Shown: in pieces, positions 1-10,790 of the stretch | Numbering within the stretch: the stretch's first letter is position 1 | Layout: each line of letters opens with the position of its first letter | Origin: Nitrososphaeraceae archaeon | GTDB taxonomy: Archaea; Thermoproteota; Nitrososphaeria; Nitrososphaerales; Nitrososphaeraceae | Direction of reading: 5' to 3' | NCBI GenBank assembly: GCA_035250975.1 | Contig: DATFEP010000058.1 | Span: forward strand, 13,723 to 77,722 | DNA: 64,000 nucleotides | The notes under the pieces: generated by a model | Told to the model about the DNA's origin: nothing | The model's database searches: none | What the model saw: only the letters and a program-made list of their open reading frames with translations | Translations under genes and position numbers: made by a program

Positions 1-1
1 T

Positions 2-112
2 CACTTTCATGAAATTATTCAAAACCAAAATCAAATGATATCAGAAATTCACCTCACCATCATGCAGGAAAAAATAGCAGTCGAAGAAATTAGAAAAATG
101 CTGGACAAATAA
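2..112 (+). CDS. 3' end of a gene truncated by the window start
   Basis: Open frame HFHEIIQNQNQMISEIHLTIMQEKIAVEEIRKMLDK* ends at TAA 110-112; coiled-coil-like. Confidence 0.45.
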   Translation, partial: HFHEIIQNQNQMISEIHLTIMQEKIAVEEIRKMLDK

Positions 113-319
113 AATCGTTCGTGAGCTAGGAAAAGAAAATAGTTGCATTGGAAGCATTGATTTCTTATAAATTGTTTCAATATCTTATTTTTTTAGGTCA
201 GGTTTTCTCTTTGATCTTTTGTACATCAATTATATTTGTTTTTAGGAGAAAATTTAAGCAATATATGAATAAATGTCATACAATTATACGCTTCCAATCA
301 TAATCAACATAAAGAAAAC

Positions 320-597
320 TAATTTGTTAGAGTATCCAATGATCTGAATCGTACCTGCTGTTTTGTCATTGAAATCTCTTTCAGATTGCTTGCAAAAGTA
401 CTGTTGGTATGAATGGTATTTATCATCCCATTCTGCGTCATAAGACTGACAGCTTGGACTTAATATATTCTTCCCTCTTACCTCAAACTATGCATGAAAA
501 TCAACTGTCATAAGGAATAGATTATGTTAACGTAAACATGTCTTGAATGTGTGTATTAAATTTTTAAGCATGGCCGAAAGATTCATGAATAAGAGCG
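320..597 (-). mobile_element. Degenerate IS1595-family (ISH4-like) left end with transposase N-terminal remnant
   Basis: Minus strand begins CGCTCTT at 597-591, the terminal motif I recall for the ISH4 subgroup. ATG at 539 gives MFTLT*SIPYDS*; after a frameshift SPSCQSYDAEWDDKYHSYQQYFCKQSERDFNDKTAGTI resembles the Zn-ribbon CPxC...YxCKxCxxxFNDKTGT. No DDE core or right end found. Confidence 0.6.
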
Positions 598-613
598 GGC
601 ACCATTTATTTGT

Positions 614-1117
614 TCATTCATATTGTTGCTGATTTTTTAGAGGCCTTTGTAGCTTTAAGAGTGACTTTCTACATTCTTTTTCCATTTCCTCTGGAGACAT
701 ATCCATTATATGTGTAGCTATCGACCAAATATGACCATAAGGGTCTTTTAACTGTCCACATCTGTCCCCCCAAGGTGCGTCCATTACATGTACGATTTCC
801 TGTGCACCAGCTAATAATGCCTGATTAAATACTTTATCTGCATCAAGAACGTAAACATATAGAGATACAGCACTTCCACCAATAGATAACGGAGAGTAAC
901 AACCCATGTCAGGAAATTCGTCAGATAATATAATTATAGAGTCACCAAGTTTTAACTCTGCATACATTATTCTCTTTCCATCTGGTGCATAATTTCTAAA
1001 GCTTTCAACAATATTGAACGCTCGTTTGTAAAATTCTATAGCTTCATTCCCATTTTTTACGACCAAACATGGAGTTACTGTATGATAACCCTCTCTGATA
1101 GGGCTAACCTCTATCAT
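614..1117 (-). CDS. VOC/glyoxalase superfamily protein (PhnB-like)
   Basis: Motifs AIEFYKRAF, MYAELKLGDS and PWGDRCGQLKDPYGHIWSIA. Confidence 0.9.
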   Translation of the reverse strand: MIEVSPIREGYHTVTPCLVVKNGNEAIEFYKRAFNIVESFRNYAPDGKRIMYAELKLGDSIIILSDEFPDMGCYSPLSIGGSAVSLYVYVLDADKVFNQALLAGAQEIVHVMDAPWGDRCGQLKDPYGHIWSIATHIMDMSPEEMEKECRKSLLKLQRPLKNQQQYE

Positions 1118-1991
1118 CTTATAATATATTAGCTAAAGTAATATTTAAGAGAATATACAAAATGAAAGAAAATTGTGATTAACAATCAAGACAGAGTATT
1201 TACTAGTATACCCAAATAATACAAATAATTTGTACCATCATAACACTACATAGTTATAAAAACTGGCAGACGTGAACTCTAAATCTTATTCATATTCTTA
1301 TTAAAAAATTGTTTTGGCACAAGCTGAAAAAATATTATTCAGATTGCATAGAGATGTACTAATGATTAAATCGAGTGTCAATTTTATGAGATATACTTAG
1401 TAGTTATTTCGGAACCTATATGGTACTAATTATACTGATTCAACAAAGAACAATCCAAATATTTACATATGTCAATTAAACGAAGTACTTTAATTCGTAA
1501 ATCCTGATAAGACATAATGCTGTAAGCGAATAGAACATAAAATAATTAAAGGCAATCAATACCATAAAATGAGAAAGACAAGAAAAAATATGTTGAGACA
1601 AACATCCTACAAGATTAGTACTTTCGGAAAGAACAAATTCATGGTATAATATACAGGAAATTATATGCAAGATATTAAAAACTAGATTACTCTTATGTTG
1701 AATAAGTTTTATTAGGGAATTAATGATATTATTAATTCTTAGAATACCTTGTATTTATGTACATATTTTATATCGGCTTTTTAGTATCTTTTATTTTAAC
1801 ATCAAATTCTCATTTTATATTTATTTATATTTGTATTTTAATTTGATATGTTATTTCGTTCCAAATGGTTCCTGTTACATACGAATATATAAAATCGTAA
1901 AAAATATACTTTGGAAAGACATCTATTGTTTGAAATTTTGATTAAAAAATAACACAGTCAAATAAGATAACCGTTACCTTTTCAAAAAATA

Positions 1992-4019
1992 TTATCCTGT
2001 GGTCGTTTCAACATTATATTGATCAAATGTAAATTTTCTTTTTCTACCAAAAGGCTTGAAAGGTTTTCCGTTACCATGATAAAATTTTGAAAAGAATTCA
2101 ACGTAAATCAACCTAGCACCCTGAATACCTGGTTCGAATACACCAAGGACGATATTAAAAATGTGACCTATAAAGAATATTGATATTCCTAGAATAACAT
2201 GCGGAAGTGGGTTATCTATGGTTCTAAGAAAAATATGATCAATTACGTCAGCGAGTATAATTGATGCAAGCATTATTCCTACAATTCTAGTATAGGAAAG
2301 TATATGACTAATTATGGAAGGTAATTCCATCATAGCCCTAACACCTTCACCGTAAAACATCAATCCTAACCCCCCAAGTATCAGCGCAAAATAAACAGCT
2401 CCCGTGATACTACCTGTTGGGTTTATATTTTGATGTCCTATGAGTGCCAATCCTAAAAGAGATATTCCCCAGCCAAACGCAAGCCATCCAATTTTGCCGA
2501 TTGCATGTTTTTTCTGTCCTTCCCTTAGAGCATTTATTATTCCTAGTACAAGCCCAAATGAAACCATACCCAGACCTATATACCCACTTATTAGCAATAA
2601 TTTACGTAGTCCAAATGTACTAATAGGGTCGAGCAGCGCACCGTCAGGCGGCAAGCTGAATCCAAATGTTTCATTTAGAAATGAGAATAGGTATTGATTT
2701 AAGTGAAATCCAAAATAAAGATTAAAACAGAATCCAAGTATAATTGTAAAAATACATCCAGGAATTATTGCCTTGGCTAGCTTCACCATTTGTGTAGGTC
2801 TTAAGATTGTCTTTGCAAAATTCCGTAAAAATTTTGGCATTATAGTAAAATTACGCTTACCACCTTCTACCCTTCTTATGACCCATTTAGAGACAAGTAA
2901 TATAACGATACCGTATCCTACATCACCTATCATCATACCATAAAAAAATGGAAAAATTAAGGCGAACATTATCGTTGGATCGAACTCTCTACCAGAAGGC
3001 AAAGAGTAAAACCTAATAAATGATTCATAAACCTTCATTTTTTTTGGGGTGGCAAGAAGAGTTGGAGGATTCTCTTTACTCTCCAAATCAGACAAAATTG
3101 TTCCCTCAGAATGTTTTTTAAAAGCTGTTTTTAGGTTTTCTATTTTTGGTTTTGGGACCCATCCTTCCAACGCAAAAGCATCTTCTGTTACTCCTAGATG
3201 ATCAATGATCTCTAGTTTTCTATTTTCTATCTCAAGTTGTTCTTCTGCCCCTTTCAGAAATTTGTAATGCATTCTGGAAATTTCAGTCATCTGATTATTA
3301 ATTTGATTTAATTTTGATGATAGAGTATTGCTAATATTTTTCTGATTTTGAATAATAATTTCTGGTTTGCCTTTAAGTTTTGGTACGACCTCTAAATGTA
3401 CATTATGTGAATTAACCGCTGATGCCAAGGATGCCGATCTAAAGGTTGGAGTAGTAATAAGAACAAAATGTGTTACTTTGTTAGCCTCTTTAGGATATAT
3501 AATGATGTCCGGACTTTCAGATTGTAATTCCTTCCTAAATTCTGGAAATTTTTCAGAGGCAACACGTCCAAAGTACGAACGGGCGAAGGATAGATCTAAA
3601 ATATTGAAATCTTCATGAAAGAAAGAAAACTCTTCAACCAGTTTGATATTGTTCTCTGCCTCTCTTTTCTGTGTGGTTAGATTATCCTTTTCCCTTTCCA
3701 GAGACGCAATTTTACTATCAATATCAAGAGACTTTAAGGTCGAAATCAATTCATTTAATGACAAAAATCCAGATTTTCCGACTATTTTTGTTGGTGGAAG
3801 AGAACCAAGTAATCCTTTAATCCTCAGTAGTTGATCAGAAATTTCATTATGAAATTCACTTTCACGTTCTCTAGCAAGAAAGGATTCTGTTGTTTTTGAA
3901 AGAGGTTCGAGGTGTATTACATTCATTTCATGTAAGATAGTAAGAATTTGTTGTCTAAATTTTTTTAGCCCTATTATAGCTACTCGAACCATAGGAACTG
4001 GTTTAAGTATCGTAGACAT
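1992..4019 (-). CDS. atpI: V/A-type ATPase subunit I (a)
   Basis: Soluble N-terminal half, FYGMMIGDVGYG, LSYTRI with the essential Arg, RLIYVEFFSKFY. Confidence 0.97.
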   Translation of the reverse strand: MSTILKPVPMVRVAIIGLKKFRQQILTILHEMNVIHLEPLSKTTESFLARERESEFHNEISDQLLRIKGLLGSLPPTKIVGKSGFLSLNELISTLKSLDIDSKIASLEREKDNLTTQKREAENNIKLVEEFSFFHEDFNILDLSFARSYFGRVASEKFPEFRKELQSESPDIIIYPKEANKVTHFVLITTPTFRSASLASAVNSHNVHLEVVPKLKGKPEIIIQNQKNISNTLSSKLNQINNQMTEISRMHYKFLKGAEEQLEIENRKLEIIDHLGVTEDAFALEGWVPKPKIENLKTAFKKHSEGTILSDLESKENPPTLLATPKKMKVYESFIRFYSLPSGREFDPTIMFALIFPFFYGMMIGDVGYGIVILLVSKWVIRRVEGGKRNFTIMPKFLRNFAKTILRPTQMVKLAKAIIPGCIFTIILGFCFNLYFGFHLNQYLFSFLNETFGFSLPPDGALLDPISTFGLRKLLLISGYIGLGMVSFGLVLGIINALREGQKKHAIGKIGWLAFGWGISLLGLALIGHQNINPTGSITGAVYFALILGGLGLMFYGEGVRAMMELPSIISHILSYTRIVGIMLASIILADVIDHIFLRTIDNPLPHVILGISIFFIGHIFNIVLGVFEPGIQGARLIYVEFFSKFYHGNGKPFKPFGRKRKFTFDQYNVETTTG

Positions 4020-4037
4020 GTTATTCTCTCATCCTAT

Positions 4038-4364
4038 TCATATCTTAGAAAGCAGGATTTCTATTATATTCATTATATTCTGTTTGTCAGAATTGAAAGA
4101 GATTGACTTGGATTTTTTTTCTGCATCCGCTAGAATCTGCTCAGCCTCTTTAGAAGCTTCCTGCTTAGCATGTTTAACACTTTCTTCAACCATTTTTTTT
4201 CCTTCTATTTTTGTTTCAGAGATCACGTTTTCTAGCTCGTCTTGTAAATTTTTTATATCTTTCTCAATAGAACGTCTATGTTTCTCAATTTCCACCTGTA
4301 CTTGATCTTCCTTTTCTTTAATTCGCTTTAGTATAGATATATAATCTTGCTGGGAATCTGACAT
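4038..4364 (-). CDS. atpH: V/A-type ATPase peripheral stalk subunit H (G)
   Basis: 108-aa charged coiled coil directly upstream of atpI. Confidence 0.85.
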   Translation of the reverse strand: MSDSQQDYISILKRIKEKEDQVQVEIEKHRRSIEKDIKNLQDELENVISETKIEGKKMVEESVKHAKQEASKEAEQILADAEKKSKSISFNSDKQNIMNIIEILLSKI

Positions 4365-4366
4365 AT

Positions 4367-4540
4367 TTAAGCTCCTAAAAATTGTTTACCTATAATGAAT
4401 AACAAAACTGTTGTCCCTATGATATTTCCAATCTTAAAGGCTCTTCCAATGATATAAAATTTTTTTTGCTTGTCGTTTGCAAAATTTCCTTTAGTGTTAT
4501 TATTTTTATTATTGTCTTTATTATTATAACTATTATGCAT
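4367..4540 (-). CDS. Small (57 aa) predicted membrane protein inside the ATPase operon; not in the ORF track
   Basis: MHNSYNNKDNNKNNNTKGNFANDKQKKFYIIGRAFKIGNIIGTTVLLFIIGKQFLGA*. Overlaps the end of atpD by 8 nt (ATGCATAA) and stops 2 nt before the atpH ATG. Confidence 0.7.
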   Translation of the reverse strand: MHNSYNNKDNNKNNNTKGNFANDKQKKFYIIGRAFKIGNIIGTTVLLFIIGKQFLGA

Positions 4541-5198
4541 GAATCTCTATTTCCTCCTTCTTTTGAATCATTTCTTCTCTTTCTCCCATTTTCCTCTTTA
4601 CAGTTTTCAACATAATGAATGTATCCCGTTCCATCTCATCAAGTCTAAAAGTAATGAATTTCACTGCAGCTAATAATTTAGGAATCAAGACATTTTCTAT
4701 TGCATTATATTTGCGCTTTGTTCTCTCTATTTCATAAAGCAATTTCCTCAATGCAGTTTCTTTCTCTGCTACCTCTAAAACAATTTTGTGAACCTTTTGG
4801 AAGGCTCTTATTGCTTCGTTGATAGATGCTGGGAGTTCAAGTAAATGTTCAGCAAGCAACTCTCTTTCCCCACCAGTTAGCTTGGGGATGTGAACGCCCA
4901 TTATACTCTTTGATTCTATCTGTAAATTTCTCATTTGCGATATTTTCATCGCCTCATTTTCGAGTTGCATTGTACCAGCCAGCATCTCAGCCATTCTGAT
5001 ACTTTCATAGCCTTTTATCAGTTCAGACTGTAAACTACCTCTTAAAGCCGCTGCAGTCTTGCTTGTATTAAAGAATTCAAGAATTAAAGCTTGACGTTTT
5101 AGTTTTAGCAGATTCAAGCCTTTCTTTGCAACCAAAATTCGACGTTTTGTACGTATATATTCAAGGCGAGTTGGTCTAATATCACTAGCGACGCCCAT
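4533..5198 (-). CDS. atpD: V/A-type ATPase subunit D
   Basis: PTRLE...LLKLKRQAL, TKRKYNAIENVLIP, LDEMER. Confidence 0.96.
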   Translation of the reverse strand: MGVASDIRPTRLEYIRTKRRILVAKKGLNLLKLKRQALILEFFNTSKTAAALRGSLQSELIKGYESIRMAEMLAGTMQLENEAMKISQMRNLQIESKSIMGVHIPKLTGGERELLAEHLLELPASINEAIRAFQKVHKIVLEVAEKETALRKLLYEIERTKRKYNAIENVLIPKLLAAVKFITFRLDEMERDTFIMLKTVKRKMGEREEMIQKKEEIEIHA

Positions 5199-5208
5199 TA
5201 TGCACCAA

Positions 5209-6612
5209 TCATGCTCCTTCTGTCCCTGTTTCTACAAGAGCCTTCTTTCTATATTTTGTAATAAATTCCGCCTTTATACGTTTCAATTCGGATTCTGGCA
5301 GATCACTTAAGAGGTCCCACCCGATATCTAGCGTCTGTTCAATCGATCTATTTTCATTTACTCCCTGATTTACGAATTTTCGTTCAAAATTATTAGCAAT
5401 TTTAACAAATTTTCTATCAGTATCACTTAATGCTTCCTCTCCGACTATTGCGGCCAATCCCCTAGCATCTTTTCCTTGGGCATATGTTGCATAGAGCTGA
5501 TCAGCAAGATTTCTGTGATCTTCCCTTGTTCTACCACTACCGATCCCTTGATTCATTAATCTTGAGAGACTTGTTAGTACATCAACTGGAGGTTGAATAT
5601 TCAATCTGTTCAGATCTCTACTCAAAACTATCTGACCTTCTGTAATATATCCAGTTAGATCGGGTATAGGATGTGTAATATCATCTGCTGGCATAGCAAG
5701 AATTGGAATTTGAGTAACAGAACCCTTTCTACCTTTAATTTTTCCTGCACGTTCATAAATTGAGGACAGATCTGTATACATATAACCCGGGTATCCCCTT
5801 CTTCCAGGGACCTCTTCACGTGCTGCGGAAATTTCCCTTAGAGCTTCACAATAATTGGTCATGTCAGTGAGTATAACTAGCACATGCATCTCTCGTTCAT
5901 AGGCTAGGAATTCTGCTGTTGTTAGGGCAAGTCTTGGAGTAAGTATACGTTCCATTGAAGGATCAGATGATAGATTTAGGAAAAGAACACTTCTACCAAG
6001 TGCTCCACTTTCTTCAAACTCATTCACGAAGAAATTAGCTTCTTCACTTGTAATACCCATTGCAGCAAATACTACAGAAAAATTTTCTGAGGTCCCAAGA
6101 ACTTTGGCTTGTCTAGCAATCTGTGTTGCTAGTAAATTATGTGGCAAGCCAGCACCGGAAAAAATAGGAAGTTTCTGTCCTCTGACAAGAGTATTCATCC
6201 CATCTATATTAGACATGCCGGTCTGGATAAATTCAGACGGTTCTTCTCTAGAATAGGGATTTATTCCAGAACCTACCAAATCGTATTTTTGTTTAGATAT
6301 AATCTTTGGTCCATTATCTCTTGGTTTTCCCAATCCGTCAAAAGTTCTTCCGAGCATTTCGTCAGATACAGAAATCATGGCGGTTTCACCCAAGAATTTT
6401 GTTGAAGTTCCACTAGTACCAAGTCCATATGTTGCTCCAAATACTTGGACAACTGCCAAGCCTTGTTTTGTATCAAGTACTTGTCCTAAACGATGTTCTC
6501 CATCTGCTAACTTTATCTCCACCATCTCTCCGTAGGCTGCATTATCAACACCTTCAACAAAAATCAAAGGACCAGCTATCTTGGATAAGGTTTTAAACGC
6601 TACATTAGACAT
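5209..6612 (-). CDS. atpB: V/A-type ATPase subunit B
   Basis: [43 protein letters not shown]. Confidence 0.99.
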   Translation of the reverse strand: MSNVAFKTLSKIAGPLIFVEGVDNAAYGEMVEIKLADGEHRLGQVLDTKQGLAVVQVFGATYGLGTSGTSTKFLGETAMISVSDEMLGRTFDGLGKPRDNGPKIISKQKYDLVGSGINPYSREEPSEFIQTGMSNIDGMNTLVRGQKLPIFSGAGLPHNLLATQIARQAKVLGTSENFSVVFAAMGITSEEANFFVNEFEESGALGRSVLFLNLSSDPSMERILTPRLALTTAEFLAYEREMHVLVILTDMTNYCEALREISAAREEVPGRRGYPGYMYTDLSSIYERAGKIKGRKGSVTQIPILAMPADDITHPIPDLTGYITEGQIVLSRDLNRLNIQPPVDVLTSLSRLMNQGIGSGRTREDHRNLADQLYATYAQGKDARGLAAIVGEEALSDTDRKFVKIANNFERKFVNQGVNENRSIEQTLDIGWDLLSDLPESELKRIKAEFITKYRKKALVETGTEGA

Positions 6613-6614
6613 TT

Positions 6615-8381
6615 TTAAATTGTTACCTCCAGCAACAAATTATCATATTGTTGTTTCATATTTATCTTGATCTCATTAAGTAATTGTTCAACTTCTTCTT
6701 CTTTTGTCCATTTCATCTTTGATAAAAGTTTTCGTGCCTCAAGGGCACCAACCTTTGAGGATGGAACCCCTTTCTTTATAGCTTCAGCTTCCATTCTTCC
6801 GAATTCTAATATCATAGAGAGCATCAAATTCTGTTTTTTGATAGAGGTGTAAGTATCGACTTCATCGTAAGCACTTTGCTGAAGATAGTCTTCTCGAATA
6901 GATCGTGCAGTATCCAAAATACCTTTTTCAGGTTCAGGTAATGCATCATATCCTATCAGTTGAACAATTTCTTGTAATTCTGACTCCCTTTGTAAAATTT
7001 CTAAAGCTTCCTTCCTCTGCGGAATCCATTCAGAAGAGACATTGTTGTTGTACCAGTTAGTCATATCATCAGCATACAAGGAATAACTTGTTAGCCAGTT
7101 TATAGAGGGAAAGTGCCTTCTTGACGCTAAATTAGCATCGAGTGCCCAAAATACTCTTGTAACTCTTAAAGTATTTTGAGAAACAGGTTCAGAAAAGTCT
7201 CCTCCTGGTGGAGATACTGCACCAACTAAAGTCAGAGAACCGACCCGCTCTTCGGGAGATATTACTACTGCCTTTCCTCCCCTTTCATAAAATTCCGCTA
7301 ATCTTCTTCCAAGGTAAGCTGGATATCCTTCCTCTCCAGGCATTTCTTCCAGCCTGCCTGAGATTTCTCTCAATGCTTCGGCCCACCTTGACGTACTATC
7401 AGCCATCAAGGCCACATCATATCCCATGTCTCTATAATATTCACCCATGGTAATACCGGTATAGATACTTGCTTCACGAGCTGCAACGGGCATGTTCGAT
7501 GTATTTGCAACAAGAATAGTTCTCTCCATTAATGGTCTTTTTGATTTTGGATCTTCTAATTCTGGAAAGGTAGTGAGAATCTCTGTCATTTCGTTTCCTC
7601 TTTCACCGCATCCAATGTAAACGATAACACTACTGTCTGCCCACTTTGCAAGTTGTTGTTGAGTTACTGTTTTTCCACTTCCAAAGGGTCCTGGAATAGC
7701 TGCTGTCCCACCCTTTGCTACTGGAAAAAAGGTATCAAGAACACGCTGTCCTGTAAGCAAGGGTGACTCTGGTGGAAGTTTGCGAAGAACAGGTCTTGCC
7801 ATTCTTACCATCCACCAACTTGATAAACCAATATCCTTAGTACCCGTATTTGTTTTCACTTGTGCAACATTTTCATTAACTGTGTATTTCCCTTCTGTTA
7901 TTTCGGAAAGTTGACCATTAATACCAAAGGGAATCATTATTTTGTGACTTATCAATGGCGTTTCTTGAACCTCTCCAATTATTTCACCTGGAGAAACGTT
8001 TTCACCATTTTTCTTGATTGGGACAAAATCCCATTTCTTATGTTCGTCTAAAGCGGGAATAATATTGCCTCTGCTGATAAAATCACCGCTTTTCTCCCTT
8101 AATACATCGAGCGGGCGTTGAATTCCATCATAAATTGACGTCAACAATCCTGGTCCAAGCTGCATTGATAGTGGTCTCTTTGTGTTGATAACTTTTTCTC
8201 CCGGTCTAAGTCCTGTAGTATCTTCGTATACTTGTATTGTGGCCTTATTACCTTCAAGACGGATAATTTCTCCGAGCAAACCCAATTCTCCAATTCTTAC
8301 AACATCATACATTTTTGCAGCTTCAACATCTGTCGCTACAACAACTGGACCCGAAATTCTCGAAACAATAGCAGTTGACAT
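6615..8381 (-). CDS. atpA: V/A-type ATPase catalytic subunit A
   Basis: Walker [31 protein letters not shown]; no intein. Confidence 0.99.
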   Translation of the reverse strand: MSTAIVSRISGPVVVATDVEAAKMYDVVRIGELGLLGEIIRLEGNKATIQVYEDTTGLRPGEKVINTKRPLSMQLGPGLLTSIYDGIQRPLDVLREKSGDFISRGNIIPALDEHKKWDFVPIKKNGENVSPGEIIGEVQETPLISHKIMIPFGINGQLSEITEGKYTVNENVAQVKTNTGTKDIGLSSWWMVRMARPVLRKLPPESPLLTGQRVLDTFFPVAKGGTAAIPGPFGSGKTVTQQQLAKWADSSVIVYIGCGERGNEMTEILTTFPELEDPKSKRPLMERTILVANTSNMPVAAREASIYTGITMGEYYRDMGYDVALMADSTSRWAEALREISGRLEEMPGEEGYPAYLGRRLAEFYERGGKAVVISPEERVGSLTLVGAVSPPGGDFSEPVSQNTLRVTRVFWALDANLASRRHFPSINWLTSYSLYADDMTNWYNNNVSSEWIPQRKEALEILQRESELQEIVQLIGYDALPEPEKGILDTARSIREDYLQQSAYDEVDTYTSIKKQNLMLSMILEFGRMEAEAIKKGVPSSKVGALEARKLLSKMKWTKEEEVEQLLNEIKINMKQQYDNLLLEVTI

Positions 8382-8401
8382 ACTAATATTTCACTCCTTC
8401 A

Positions 8402-8746
8402 TCAACCCATTTTAATACTTATCCCAAGTACACGTTTAGCCAACGTCGCGATCGATTCCTCCTGAACATTTCCTTTTAAGGAGGGCATAAACAAAACCAA
8501 TGGTTCGATAGATGCTTCGACTCTTGTTCTAAATAAGTGTGGAAGAGAAGCACTGACAAACTGACTAGCGATTATCAAGTTAAACTTTCGAGAGAAAAAA
8601 ATGCTTTCCATAGTTTTCAGAGCCTCATCTGCTTGGTTAACTATATATGTATCGTCTATCCCCAATAGGCGATAGCCCATTACAAGTTCTCTTTCACCTA
8701 TGATAGCAATTGCACCATCTGATTCTGATTTTTGTTTAGTTGACAT
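8402..8746 (-). CDS. atpF: V/A-type ATPase subunit F
   Basis: IAIIGERELVMGYRLLGI; position in the operon. Confidence 0.93.
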   Translation of the reverse strand: MSTKQKSESDGAIAIIGERELVMGYRLLGIDDTYIVNQADEALKTMESIFFSRKFNLIIASQFVSASLPHLFRTRVEASIEPLVLFMPSLKGNVQEESIATLAKRVLGISIKMG

Positions 8747-8752
8747 TTTATA

Positions 8753-9820
8753 TCACTCCAAAAGTAGCATTGATTTAATACGTTCAACGGGGATATCATA
8801 ACGTTTTCCATACGCTATTCTTTTAATGTTGTCCCATTCAGATTCTGCAGTTAAGATAAAATGAAAAATTGTTCCTATTGAGAGTGATATATTTTTCAAT
8901 CTTTTTACATATGTTTTAATAATAAATTTATCCAAGGCCACCTCAAAATCTATTAGATTGTTGGTCTTGATAAAGTTATCCAATAAATCATCTAACTTGT
9001 AGTAATCTTGTATTTTCCCTATAAATTCATTAATATTTTTTGATCCAAAAATATCAAGCAAGATATTCAATGGAATGTTCCCCCCTTCGATAAGATGTTT
9101 ATTTAATAATTCTCGATCCAGATTGGAATCCCTAGCTTTTAATACATTTAAAATGTTCTTTTTATCTATTTGTGCTCTAAATAACTCTCTAATTACTCCC
9201 TCATCACCTTGAAAAAACTTTAAGGATTCAAGTAATGACTTGTAATAATATGATTGAAGATCAGCCATCATAGGACCAAGGTCGGCTGTTTTTTGATAAG
9301 CATCAAGATGTTGCATCAATATGGTTCCATATCTATACTTTATGAGTTGATTCACGACACCCTCTACGTTGGTTTGCGACAAAATAATTTTCATTTCATC
9401 ATGTGCAATATTTCCTGCTGAGATTCCTGCAGGAACATTTCTACTAGATACCAGAAAATGTTCTGTTTCCGTTATTGCACGTCCTATTAATTTAGAAGAT
9501 AAAATTAATTCTATATTATGAATATCCCACTTTAAAAGATAGGCTCTGACCGCAGCCCTTCCACTGAACGGTGTAGCTTCAAGAGCAATTTTGTTTATAT
9601 CAACCATATGTCTATTGAGAGCTACTTCTAAAAGTTCTGGTGGCGAATATACAGCTGCTGCTTTTTCTATTTCTGGACCGTAGGACGTAGGTTCAAGCAT
9701 CCTAATAATTTCAGCAACATCTTTGGCCTGAGCGAGACTTAGAATAAAATCCTTAGATAGAAAGCTCATCGAGAGTGCCTGCAATCTTCCAAAAGAAGAG
9801 GAATATGATGAGGTCGTCAT
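8753..9820 (-). CDS. atpC: V/A-type ATPase subunit C (d)
   Basis: 355 aa; WDIHNIELIL and EWDNIKRIAYGK motifs. Confidence 0.93.
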   Translation of the reverse strand: MTTSSYSSSFGRLQALSMSFLSKDFILSLAQAKDVAEIIRMLEPTSYGPEIEKAAAVYSPPELLEVALNRHMVDINKIALEATPFSGRAAVRAYLLKWDIHNIELILSSKLIGRAITETEHFLVSSRNVPAGISAGNIAHDEMKIILSQTNVEGVVNQLIKYRYGTILMQHLDAYQKTADLGPMMADLQSYYYKSLLESLKFFQGDEGVIRELFRAQIDKKNILNVLKARDSNLDRELLNKHLIEGGNIPLNILLDIFGSKNINEFIGKIQDYYKLDDLLDNFIKTNNLIDFEVALDKFIIKTYVKRLKNISLSIGTIFHFILTAESEWDNIKRIAYGKRYDIPVERIKSMLLLE

Positions 9821-9822
9821 TA

Positions 9823-10386
9823 CTACTTTATCATTCTCTCAAGAAGAAAACTTTTTACATCATCTTCATGAGTTCTTAACAACTCTTCAAAGGTCAGATC
9901 GATCTCTCTAGTTCCATTATTATCCTCTGCTAGAATTCCACCTATAGTATCGATAGTTGCTCCGAGTGTTACGTTCATAGCTTTAATAGCCATACTATCA
10001 TCAACATTAGAATGAATTACTACGTTCTTACCCAAATTCTTTTTTGCATGGTTGACCATCCTTTCCAGAGTTTTTTTGTATTCTGGTTTCTTGGTATAAT
10101 TTTTTAATTCTTGTCTTATTGTATTAAAGGTGGAATCCATGTTTTCATTAATTGCATCAAAAAGGACCTTTTTTGCGTCTAACTTAGCCGTCTCCACTAT
10201 CCTAGCCGCATCTCTTTGAGACCTTACTTTTGCTTCATTAGCATAAAACTCTTTGAGCTCTTTTATTGTAGTTTCCTTTGATATTTCAATGGCTGCTTTC
10301 TTTTCAGCAAAAGAAGTATCAATAATATCTATTTTTCTTTGTTTCCTCTCATCAATCTCTCGCATGAAAGTGAACAGGCTTGTCAT
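9823..10386 (-). CDS. atpE: V/A-type ATPase subunit E
   Basis: N-terminal coiled coil; C-terminal IGGILAE...IDLTFEE. Confidence 0.9.
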   Translation of the reverse strand: MTSLFTFMREIDERKQRKIDIIDTSFAEKKAAIEISKETTIKELKEFYANEAKVRSQRDAARIVETAKLDAKKVLFDAINENMDSTFNTIRQELKNYTKKPEYKKTLERMVNHAKKNLGKNVVIHSNVDDSMAIKAMNVTLGATIDTIGGILAEDNNGTREIDLTFEELLRTHEDDVKSFLLERMIK

Positions 10387-10401
10387 CTAACAAGTCGCCA
10401 C

Positions 10402-10746
10402 TTAGAGTATTCCTAACAGTAGAATTATTCCTAGCACGAAACCAATAATCCAAAGAGTCTCAGGGATCACGAAGAAGAATAGAACCTGTCCAAACTTTTC
10501 TGGTTTCTCTGCTATTATCCCCATTCCTGCCGCACCTATACCTTGCTGAGCATTTCCAGTACCTATAAGACCACCTGCAATTGCTATTGCTGCCGCAATT
10601 GCCAATAATGGCTTCGTCAAATCTGAACTAGCTGCTTTCGCTGTCTCTTGGGCAAACACTTGTGTAGTAGATAATGTAAAAGCAGCAATTGCCAATCCTG
10701 CAATTATAGTAATAATTGACAATTTTGAACCATTATATCTCATCAT
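10402..10746 (-). CDS. atpK: V/A-type ATPase proteolipid subunit K (c), single hairpin with a signal-peptide-like leader
   Basis: GIGAAGMGIIAEKPEKFG loop; PET with the ion-binding Glu; leader ends VFA-QE. Confidence 0.95.
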   Translation of the reverse strand: MMRYNGSKLSIITIIAGLAIAAFTLSTTQVFAQETAKAASSDLTKPLLAIAAAIAIAGGLIGTGNAQQGIGAAGMGIIAEKPEKFGQVLFFFVIPETLWIIGFVLGIILLLGIL

Positions 10747-10771
10747 TACTAGATATGGTTAATTATATGGT

Positions 10772-10790
10772 TATATTAAGAGTTTTCTCC
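10772..10790 (-). promoter_or_regulatory. Putative BRE/TATA promoter of the ATPase operon
   Basis: Minus strand GGAGAAAACTC-TTAATATA about 27-33 nt upstream of the atpK start. Confidence 0.5.

Noticed and set aside
1476-1941. Two hydrophobic ORFs of 64 and 72 aa
   Set aside because: Their F/I/Y/L bias is what AT-rich non-coding DNA gives by chance.
7660-7695. Intein at the AtpA Walker A site
   Set aside because: GSGKTV is contiguous and the protein is a normal 588 aa.
2440-8415. Plus-strand ORFs overlapping the ATPase genes (and similar antisense ORFs elsewhere in the window)
   Set aside because: They are antisense shadows of well-supported genes with no recognisable motifs.
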